A DNA stretch of 63,122 nt, filler included, from Babesia bigemina (lineage: Eukaryota): NCBI RefSeq assembly GCF_000981445.1. It is 6 parts of 6 records of this genome, joined end to end, with 100 filler letters (N's around TTAATTAATTAA, not from the genome) between each part and the next. Parts side by side here need not be neighbours in the genome. Positions count along the whole stretch, not along the records: positions 51,740 to 56,812 come from NW_012237345.1; positions 56,913 to 63,122 come from NW_012237347.1; 4 more parts are not named here. One strand, 5' to 3'. The position numbers and the translations under genes are program-made. Positions within the stretch are counted from its first letter, which is position 1, and each line of letters starts with the position of its first letter. A model generated the notes under the pieces. That model made no database searches. It saw nothing but the letters and a program-made list of their open reading frames with translations, and had not been told where the DNA came from. Positions 52,936-63,122 of the stretch are shown piece after piece.

Positions 52936-55900
52936 TTACGGCTGTAGATACGATATCTTGGCAAGCCTTCCGACTTGCGCTGCAGCCAACAGTGATTGCG
53001 CCGTTATCTTGTGCGATGACGGTATCCTCAGGTGTGAGCGTATGTGGAGCACATCCAGTCTGCCAACCATTACGCAGATTAGGTAGAACAGGGATAGTGA
53101 CCAGAGTGCCACGTTAAGCCAGATGAACGGCTGCCTGATGGTGAAAATGAAATTATCAATGGCTTTGAAGAGTTGCACAAGATGTGAGTCCTTCTCAAAT
53201 GCCTCCGCAAATACATCACAGAAATCTCTGCACGTGCGTTTCGTTTGCGGTCGTTCACTTCCGTTCAGCTTCTCTGCATTGCCGAGAACAAAGCCGTATT
53301 TTGCCAATGTCGGCAGCGTAGCATTGCACTGTACAATGGATTTGCATTTGGGATCGTGATATCGTGGCGGTTGATACGTGGTGGATGTAGTTCTACATTC
53401 CTTGATGCACGCCTTTTCATGGCAATTCGATCCCCTGGCACCGCATTTGGAATTGCACTCATCGTACAATTTCTTAAGCAGATCGTAGAACGTCGCCGTC
53501 AGGTAGACAATCCACGACAAATATTTATCGGCGTGTTCTGACGAGAAAGTCTCGTAGATGGCGTGAGTGATGGGACGCAGATAAGGACCGCATACGACGG
53601 AGTCCTTTGATAAGCATACGAGACTGCTCAGGCTGCCATCGGAGTGGCCCTTCTTCAATGCTGAGTGGCTAGGGGTAAATAAGTGGTAGACTTTCAAATC
53701 ATTATACTGACGCCCGAAATTGGCAGCGGTGACTTTCTCTGTAAATGCCAGTTGTTTATGATCATTGCCATGCATACCCCAGCGATCGGTGAGGTGATAG
53801 TAGAAGCTGAACATGTCCGCCAGCGTTTTCGGCGCACTAGGCAAAAGGCAGTTGAGGTAACCGCACAGTCTAGTGAGAGGCGATTTCGCACTCCCACAGA
53901 AATACTCAAGCACCTCGCATATATTCCGGCCAATCATCGTATGCGACGCGATGGCACCGATGTCAGCGAAGCCCATTGGAGTTCTGCACGGCATACCAGG
54001 TGAATTACCACAAGTGCCACATGACAGACTGGATCCCCTAGCTGTCACCGAATGCGGCAGGTGGCCCTTCAAACCGTCCTCCAAGAACGATTGCAGTGGC
54101 GACTTGACGCCGCAGTTGGGAAATTGCTCACCCGTTTGGTTACCACTTTGGTCATGCCTTTGGTCGCAGTCTTGCTTAGCGCATTGCTTTGTGTTGCACT
54201 GCCAGCCCGACCCACCGATGCCCCTGCCGTAGTGGCAGTCCCTCCAGCCGCTAAGCTGAGTTGTAAGTTGACACTGTTGCAGCAGGAAGTACAGCTGGTG
54301 GTAGAGGCGCTTGAGCAGGTCGAACAACGTGCAAAGCAACAGTATCATGCTGGTTGGGTAATCTAATTTCAGCGAGTTGTTGGAGAACTCACAGGCGTAA
54401 ATTCCGTCCCTGTGACCGTGCCCTAGGATAGCGGTGAGGACGGCGTGGGAGTCGGATGAGACCTTGTAGAGCGATTCGTCGATATGCGTGTGTTCAAAAT
54501 CAGACGGGTGCGCTTCGAAGGGCTGCAGCGTTTGAGTACCCGGCCTTTCCTTGTCCTCCTTCATGAACTCAGACCTAACTTGCGCCTTGAGCTTCTCGTA
54601 TACGGGGTTGAACTGCAGGCCGTTGCACCAGACGAGAATTTCGTAAACGGAGCATGGAGCCCGGGGTTTGTCAATACGGGTAAGGTGGCAGACTTTGAAG
54701 TACGTCTGCAGGAAATCATAGAGTTTTTGGATGAGACCACACTCCTCCGCGATGGTTACACCTAGCTCGTCCGACCCGGATGTCGATTGAGGGATGCCGG
54801 TGACGGGAGATGACTGTTGGCTGAACAAATTATGCGTTGTATTGGTCAGGTGCGCAAGAATGCTGCTACCAATAAAGTCTTGTCTGTGATTCAGTTCGCC
54901 ATGCTCAGCGTTCTCAGGACGATGGACGTCATACCCGTTGTCGCGGAAGAAGAGAGCGTGGAGGCTGGAGGTATGATCCGACGAATTGTATATTCTGTAG
55001 GTCTTCCAATCATAAATATCAAGTCCGTGCTTTAGGGTAGTTAGTTCTTGATATAAGATGGGCGTGATGGTGAGGCAGACCTTGGACAGATTGGTTCCGT
55101 AGGCAGTCAGCTCGACGGTTTTAGTGTCAGTGGTTTCCTCGGTGACCAACGGGCCTTCATATTCCACGCCGGAGTACGAGGAGACGTACGCCTTGTCGAG
55201 CTCGGTGACCAAAGCGCCGATTCCCTCCTTGAGAGCCTGCGAGAGTACAGTTGTTGGTCCACCGAACTTAGATGGATGGAAGTCTTCGAACGTCTTCTTA
55301 ACGGTATCCACATTTTCTGAAAACGTATGGTTGAAGTGTTCTGACGTCTTGAGGTCTTCGAACAATTTCACAAGAGCGTCATTCGATGGCTTGATTTTTG
55401 AAATGTCCAACGTGAAGTCATCATCTGACTTCAGATAAGAATGTAAACGTCTGAACGTGCTATATAATATTTTTGCCGCCTGGCTCAACGGAGATTCCCT
55501 CTTGGTAGACTTGACGTCAATGCTGGCAATATCCTCGTACTTTTTTACAAATTTGGACTCGAACATGCTCATGAACTTTTTGTGTCCTCTGTCCAAATCA
55601 TTGGTGATGGCTTGAGGCAAGGGTTCCAGATCTTTCGCCACCTTCTTCGTGTAGTCTTCTAGGAGCGTGGTTACGGCAGTGATGTACTGCTCACGGGTGT
55701 GGGAGGTGAGATTAGATTTTGCCTCTTCGACCTGTTTGTTGAGGAATTGTTTAAGGTCGTCTGAATAATGCTTTTGGGCGTGCTTGATGAATGAGAGTAA
55801 TTCTTCAGTGGCTTTCATTGGTTTATCTGCTAGTTCGTTACGCAGTTTGTTGAGTTCGCTGTGAAGTTTTTTGAGACTCTTCTGCTTGTCTTTTAGACCT

Positions 55901-56000
55901 TCAATGCTGACATCACCTTCACTGTTTATCAAATCGCTCAAAAGTTGCAACTTGGCCTTGACACTGTCTTTATATTGGTAATGAGTTGAATCTTCACCCG
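52936..56000 (-). pseudogene. ves1: VESA1-like gene 8, 5' part deleted and fused to element E
   Basis: About 1020 open codons with TM and tail ...AAQVGRLAKISYLQP. It lacks the SDLDRLCDG N-terminal region, and sequence above ~55994 is element E. Confidence 0.85.
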
Positions 56001-56812
56001 CCGCGGCCCTCACGACCGCCTACGTTAGCGACCAATCACCCAGCCTCACGTGACACTGACTCAATGGGCAACGCGGACACCTCTCACAGTCAACGCACAG
56101 CTCAACGTGCTACAACACCCACCAAATGACGGTTCATCCGCCAGCTTACCACTTTGCCTGGTTGTCAGCTTAGCACTTTGCCTGGATGCCAGCTTAGCAC
56201 TTTGCCCGGGTACTAGCTTAGCACTTTGCCTGGTTGCTAGCTTACCACTTAGCCTGGGTGCCTGCTTAGCACTTTGCCTGGTTGCTAGCTTAACACTTAG
56301 CCTGCGTGCTAGCTTACCACTTTGCCTGGGTTCTAGCTTAGCACTTTGCCTGGTTGCTAGCTTACCACTTAGCCTGGGTGCCTGCTTAGCACTTTGCCTG
56401 GTTGCTAGCTTAGCACTTTACCCGGGTGCTAGGTTAGCACTTTGCCTGGTTGCTAGCTTAGCACTTTGCCTGGGTGCTAGTTTATCACTTTGCCTGGGTG
56501 CTAGGTTAGCACATTGCCTGGGTGCTAGGTTACCACGTTGCCTGGGTGCTAGCTTAGCACTTTGCCTGGTTGCTAGGTTAGCACTTTGCCTGGGTGCTAG
56601 CTTAGCACTTTGCCTGGGTGCTAGGTTACCACGTTGCCTGGATGCTAGGTCAACACTTTGCATTGTCGTTCACTCATCACCTAATCTAGGTGCTATTTAG
56701 TTCACAGGTTGCCGCTAGAGTAATTCGAGACATTAGACTACGTTTGTTATTTAGGTGAGTAGGTGATTCGCTAAGTGAGTAGTTACGTGAATTACAAATG
56801 TGACGATGATCA
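55994..56812 (-). repeat. Partial element E (55994-56141), array D (56142-56662) and type-1 3' element (56663-56812)
   Basis: Direct match to the other copies; implies another ves gene beyond the gap. Confidence 0.9.
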
Positions 56813-56912
56813 NNNNNNNNNNNNNNNNNNNNNNNNNNNNNNNNNNNNNNNNNNNNTTAATTAATTAANNNNNNNNNNNNNNNNNNNNNNNNNNNNNNNN
56901 NNNNNNNNNNNN
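56813..56912. other. Artificial contig linker
   Basis: N44-TTAATTAATTAA-N44. Confidence 0.98.
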
Positions 56913-56929
56913 AAAGCGAGTCCTTACAT

Positions 56930-57483
56930 TTGCTGGGTGCAGCTTACCACTTTGCCTGGGTGCTATCTTAGCACTTTGCCTGGGTGCTACCTCGACACTT
57001 TGCCTGGTCGCTAGCTTAGCACTTTGCCTGGCTGCTACTTTAGCACTTTGCCTGAGTGCTTGCTTAGCACTTTCCCTGGTTGCCAGCTTAGCACTTTCCC
57101 TGGTTGCTTGCTTAGCACTTTGCCTGTGTGCTTGCTTAGCACTTTGCCTGGTTGCTAGCTTAGCACTTTGCCTGGGTGCTAGGTTAGCACTTAGCTTGCT
57201 CGCTAGGTCAGCACTTTGCCTGGTTGCTTGCTCAGCACTTTGCCTGGTTGCCAGCTCAGCACTTTGCCTGGTTGCTAGGTTACCACTTTGCCTGGGTGCT
57301 AGCTCAGCACTTTGCCTGGGTGGTAGCTTAACACGTTACCTTGTCTATCAGTCATAACCTAATCTAGGTGCTATTTACTTCACAGGTTGCCGCTAGAGTA
57401 ATTCGAGACATTAGACCACGTTTGTCAGTTAGGTGAGTAGGTGATATGCTAGGTGAGTGTAGATAGTAACAACGTGACTACGA
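56930..57483 (-). repeat. Array D (~56930-57340) and type-1 3' element (~57345-57483)
   Basis: Direct match to the other copies. Confidence 0.9.
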
Positions 57484-60400
57484 TTATGGTTGTAGGTACG
57501 ATATCTTGGCAAGCCTTCCGACTTGCGCCGCCGCCAACAGTGATTGCGCCGTTATCTTGTGCGACGACGGTATCCTCAGGTGTGAGCGTATGTGGAGCAC
57601 ATCCAGTCTGCCAACCATCACGCAGATGAGGTAGAAGAGGGACAGTGACCAAAGAGGGAGGACCAAGTAGAAGAATGGTAGGCGGATTTGCCAAGGAAGT
57701 CGTCGCATTTGGTCAAGAGGTTTCCGAAACGTATGGAAGTCAACACGTTCTGCAGCTGCTTTGTAAAGTCGTGGCAATATCGTCGATGATGCTGTTCTAG
57801 CAATTTCATTGAATCTCCGAAGGTGAAACCATATCCGTAGAATGCGCCCAGCACGCCGCGACAACGTACGAGTGCGTTGCATTTGCAGTTGTAGTCGACA
57901 CCGTGTTTTCCCGGTTTACATGTATCGCCTATCAGGCAACTACGGCATCCCCAGTATTGGCAGGAGATAGCACAGAATGCGTCAAGTAACGATTTCAGAT
58001 ATTGATAAAACGTCCAAGGAAGGTAAAGTGCCCATGATAGATAGAGCCCAGAATGTTTGATGGCGAGACAACTATACGCATCAGAGGACAACGAATATAG
58101 GTATGGGCCACAGTAAACATTCCGATTAGGATAGACACAAGATTTGTCTGTACAGAGAGTGTAGAGATCGGCATTTGTTGCATCGGGGTGCGGGTTAGCA
58201 TTATGGTTCTTGTTGCTGTTATATGCATCACGCAAGGCACTTGTGAAGCTGGACGCATTCTCATACAGCTTGATAGACTGCTTATCAATGGATTCTTCAA
58301 ACGATTCACGTAATGTTTTCACGTCACTCTTTCTCTTGGTTGTAGTAGCGTTAATACCGGCAGCCAGCGTTAACACAAAACTAAAGTGCTCTGATAGCGT
58401 CGACGGTGGTTTAGGATCGAGGGCAAATAGACATGAGAGCCCATCGAAATTGAGGAATATATCAATAATTCGACAGAGATCAGCACCCGTTTTCGTTGAC
58501 CCGGAGAATCCCCTGAACCCAAGCGGTGTCAAACAAGGCATGCCAGGTGAGCTCTTTGGACACGTGTTACACGTTGACTTACAGCCTATGGAGGAGAGGT
58601 CATGTGGCAAGTGACCAGTCAGAGAGTCGTATAGATATGACATTAATGGCGACGTAGGTTGGCAATTTGGTTGACAATTTACCTTGCATTTTGGTTGGCA
58701 CTCAGCTTTGTCGGTTGAATGCTTTTCACATGGCGAGTTGGATGCCTTCACACTTTTGCCGTACAGGCACTCGCTCCAACCGTGATATTTAGCACCGAGT
58801 CTGCATTTTTGTTGCAAAAATCGTAGACATTGGAGTACTCTACGCAGCAAATCGACGATCATCTGCAAGCAATCGTCCCCCGTTTTGGGGTATTTGAATT
58901 TAAATGAGTTGTTGCAAAACTCGCTGCCATAGATGGTTTGGGCGTCACCGTGGCCGGCGATAGCTGTAACGATATCGTAAGACATTGAGCAGATATGGGC
59001 AAGAGCCTTGTCGACACGTTCGTATGTTATGTCGCTTGGGTAAGCCGGTATTGATAGCGATCCTTCATCAACCGCTGTGAACTCAAGACCGTCGAGCACC
59101 TGCGCCTTATGCTTATCTTTGTCGGTCAGCACGTCAGTGATGCTGTCACGCAAGAGGGTCGAATACACTCCGCTATATGGAAGCCCGGAGAACCATACGA
59201 GGGCATCATATACGCTGCTTGGCACTTTGGTTGATGACGCAGTGGGTATGTGACACACCTCATTGTACTTATCTGTGTGATAGAGAATGCATTCGAGTAG
59301 GTCGAAGAGATTGAATTGACTGGGTTTCTTGGTTTTATTAGATTTGCAGGTTTTGAGATGTTTGGCTATTTCAGTATCGATGTAGTCTGTTTCGAGTAGT
59401 TTATCATGAATGGTCTTACCGCTGAGCTTGTCAGATGGGTGCTTCAATTCGCCGTCTTTCGATACCTCATCAGTGGCGACTTGAAATCCGCAGCGGACCA
59501 AAAATGTGCCGAGTGAATTTTCGCCGCGTTTGTCATTCTTACACCATTGTCTACTATTCCAGCCGCCGCCGGCCATGCACCCTTTATTCAAGCTGTTAAG
59601 ACTGTCATGAAGAGTATATAAAATGGTGGCAAAGACTTTGACATATTTGGACGCGTGGCTTTCGTCGTATATTTGGCCAGAGTACCTGCTGACGTAGGCC
59701 TTTTGGAACTCAGTGACAATAGTAGTGAAGCCACTTCGCACGGCCACGAGGATGAAAGGGTTCTTCCCTTCACCATACGTCGACGGTTTGAATTCACTAA
59801 CCTTAGTTTCAAGTGGATCCAGGTTTGTCAAGAATTCATGGTCGAAGTGTCCACGTTCTGCGAGCATAGCGAGCACCTTGCGGAGGGCTTCCTTGGCAGG
59901 CGTAATGATTTTGTAATCGGACGTGAAATCTTTCTGCTTCTCTAAGCTGCCAAAAAAGGCCTTCACAGCAGTATTGAATTTTTCAGCGCCCTGACTGAGC
60001 GGAGATTTTTGTTTAGGGGAGTGCGTCTCCGAAATCTTATCAATGCCCTGAATCACTTGTTCGCCTGTCAGAAAGTGCGTTTCCAACCTCAACATAAACC
60101 CATTCAGCCCGGTGTTCAGATCATTGTGTATCTTGGCCGACAATCCATTTAATTCGCCGTTAACTTTTCCTGTAAACTTCTCGAGCAGGGACTTGGTTGA
60201 GCAGACGAACCGTTTCTGAATTAGGGTGGTGAGTTTCACGGTGGCTGCTTCCACTTCTTGTCTGACGTTGTTCTCGAGTTTTTCGATGGTTTCTTGGCAT
60301 GCTCGGGTGGCAAAAGCATCCAAGCCATGAACGAATGTAATGGTACTTTTCAAATCCTTGCTCCGCAATTCGCTAAGTTGGCGGTGGATGTGTTGAAGAG

Positions 60401-62972
60401 TGTCTTTGGCTGGCGTACCGCGTTCCGTTTTGCCAATATCCCTCTTGAGCTTTTGCAAATTCTGCTTGATAGCATTACCGCTAGCGCTTAAGGCGTCTAG
60501 TAACTCAGAAAGGTACTTCGGAAGCTCAGTAGAGAGAGTATGAAGCGAGCTCTTGACATAGTCCACGTTTATGTCAGTAGCATGGGTTTTTATTTCATTA
60601 ACTGTACTTTTTAAAGATTCGTTTGCTAAACTAAACAGATTCATCATACTCTTAACGTTGATTTGTTGTGGATCGCTAACTGTATCCATCTCGAATTTTC
60701 CTAGCACTTCGTTAATTGCAGCGCTGGCTCCATCTGTTATCTGCTTTTTAGCAGCAAAGTCGAACGTTTCAACAGCTTTCTTAAGTCCCCCAACTCCGCC
60801 ACTTCCATCAACTGCCTTAGTCAGCTCTTCGATGAGTTTGGCAAGAGAACCCTCATCAGGATTTTCCACACCTCCAGTCTGACCGTATACTGTCGTTTTC
60901 AGCTCTATTAGAGCATTATATTTTGCAACGGCAGTAGTCAAGCTAGGATCGTCTCTTATTTTAGCAATCTCTTCTTTTGCCGGATGAAACTCTGTTTTGA
61001 GTTTTTCGCCCAGCGCATTTATTGCGCCAGCTGCCTTGTCGACAGCCTCTTTTAGATTTTTCACAGTAGATGGCGTTCCAGATGTTACTTCGTCATAGTG
61101 TTCCGTTATAGCACGCATTCCACTATTCAACTCTTCTACAAGCTCCATTATACTTCCGGCTGTCGACGGTTGAACATTTAACATACTACTGATACGTTGT
61201 AAAATACCGACATAGCTCTCAAGTTTTCTTGATTTTGGTGATAAAGCATTTTGGAATTTTTGTAGATTTGCTTTTTCAAGCGCTTCCGCAAAATCATAAA
61301 ATTTTTGTTTAAACGCTTTAATGTACAAAGAACCAAGGCTCGCAGAATTTTCTGTGATTCGGCCGATTACTGCTGTGAGCTCATTTTTAGACTCAGTTAA
61401 AGACTGGAACTGCTTACCTACCAGACCTTTGACTACGCCATTCACCGCACTGCTGCTTCTCACATCATTTAACATCTTACTAATATCATCCCTCAACGCC
61501 TGCAACCCAATACGTACATTGACCTCAAGGCTGTCTGCTTGCTCAGTAACTTGCTGCGCCAGACTTTCAAGTTTTCTTTTTACACCATTAATATTTGTTT
61601 CGAGATCCTTTCTCCGCCTTTCCAACTGCTCTCCAACTCGTTTGATAGAATTTTGTTGATTCTTTCCAATTCCTTTTTGTACAATTCCTTCAGCCTCGTA
61701 TATCGTTGTATCAACAATTTTGTCGGACGCATCTATCCATTTCTTCAACTCCTCCACATACTCTTCCAGCTTAGTGTCGATAGCGTTAAGTTGTTTCCAA
61801 ATATCTTTCGCCAGTCTTTTGAATTGCTCTACAAGATATTTTACTTCCCTATTAATATGCTTGTTCATTTGTGTGTGAAGCGATTGGAGAGTTTCGGTGA
61901 TGATTCTGTTTGTTACTTCGAAGTCCTCACTTTCCTTATTCGACAGCTCATTGAGCCGCTGACTCTCATGGCTCACAGCCTTCAAAGCGTTCCTCACGCA
62001 TTCCTGTAATCTGGGATTTAAGTCGTCGATTGCTTTTCTTATTTCTTCTTTTTTACCGGTATTTAGAGCTTCATTGAACTCTGTTGCAAATTGTTTACAT
62101 TCAAGCAGTTTACTTTTAATTAACTCTACAGCCTGCATCAAGGCATCATTAGTGACTGCATTTTCGTTCGGCAAAATGCTTTTTACTGCGTTTACAATGT
62201 TTTTATCAATTTGCTTTTGAAGATTTTTAATGGGTTTTTTAATTTCATCATTCGACCTCTTCACCCTCTCATTATACCTCCCCACCCCTTCGACCACACT
62301 TCCAATCGCAACACTAAAACCTTTTTTACCGGCGTGTTTATTGGTGTTAAGAGTGTTAATTGCATCTGTAATTGTCTCTTTATGCTGCCCTAAATGCTCT
62401 TTGATGTTGCTGAGAACACCACACAAAAACGCCATCACCCCGTCACTCAGCCTGTCCAAGTCAGAGTACACAATCCCCTCGCCAGTGTAGCCTTTCGTAG
62501 CAGAGTTGAAGCCGAGGAAGGTTTCGAGGCCGGCACAAAGATTCTCTAACAGCTTTTGACAACTGTTTTGGTCAGTCAATCCTTCAAGATTTTTTTGGAG
62601 ATTTTTAACCTGCTTCAACTTGGACTCAATGTCCTCCAAAGCTTTTTTAGTAGCAGAGTCCTGATTACGGGAGTGGGAAGCAATGCATTTATTTTTCATT
62701 TCATTGAGTTGTTCCTCAGTAAAACCATTTTTTGAAGGATTTGAATTTTTAGCATCCTTAGCATTCTTAATCAGCCTATCATAATACTGGCAAGTGGACT
62801 CATTTCCCTTATACTTAACAGGGCATTCAAGTTTATTTTTTTCGGCTTGGAGGGACTTAGTAGCCTTTTCAATAGCCTCCTCAATCAACTTTTTCAAAGC
62901 TTGAGACAACTCATCAAGACCCTTGTTATCACCATTCCCATGCCTAACCTGGATCAACCAGTCGATGGACTC
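57484..62972 (-). pseudogene. ves1: VESA1-like gene 9 with a 1-nt frameshift (~57694) immediately before the TM helix and no ATG at the N-terminal motif
   Basis: Begins ESIDWLIQVRHGNG. The main frame reads CDDFL|GKSAY..., while WQIRLPFFYLVLPLWSL...ISYLQP continues in the frame of ORF 57484-57882. Confidence 0.8.
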
Positions 62973-63058
62973 AGTCAGAAGGGAAGGGAAAGGTGACCAA
63001 GCACAAGTTATTATTGTGGTCTAAAGAGGTCATAGCGGTATTATGGCGAGGTAATTCG
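62971..63058 (-). promoter_or_regulatory. Conserved ves 5' leader with short ORF MTSLDHNNNLCLVTFPFPSD* (62971-63033)
   Basis: Same structure and same stop position as the leader of gene 1. Confidence 0.6.
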
Positions 63059-63059
63059 G

Positions 63060-63122
63060 TGGATGTAGAGTGGATAAAGGGGCGATGTAGAGTGGGTAAA
63101 GGAGCGATTTAGAGTGGATAAG
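63060..63122 (-). repeat. Start of array A, runs off the window
   Basis: GATGTAGAGTGGATAAAGGGGC units. Confidence 0.9.

Overview
This is eukaryotic piroplasm DNA, not bacterial. It is most consistent with Babesia (B. bigemina/B. ovata-like; inferred from the VESA1-type proteins). Five identical 100-bp linkers (N44-TTAATTAATTAA-N44) join six separate contigs, so order across the gaps carries no biological meaning. The window holds nine ves1-like (variant erythrocyte surface antigen) genes or gene fragments plus one orphan ves 3' tail, all head-to-tail within each contig. Each sits in a stereotyped, strictly polarised module: 22-bp array (A) > conserved ~90-bp leader > ves gene > conserved 3' element > optional 24-bp palindromic array (D) > optional block (conserved ~510-bp element E, ~74-bp repeats each containing a 33-36-nt GT..AG intron-like segment, small Cys-rich TM gene) > 12-bp array (C) > usually a 20-bp array (B) > next A array. 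Of the six genes with a visible 5' end, only one has the leader ATG in frame, and the genes are mosaics of one another. This suggests (inference) a repeat-flanked silent cassette archive for antigenic variation. A 652-bp Streptococcus pneumoniae-like fragment (pflB 5' end, BOX element, dinB 5' end) is fused to one contig end and is probably contamination or a chimera. Repeat boundaries and copy numbers are approximate, read by eye.
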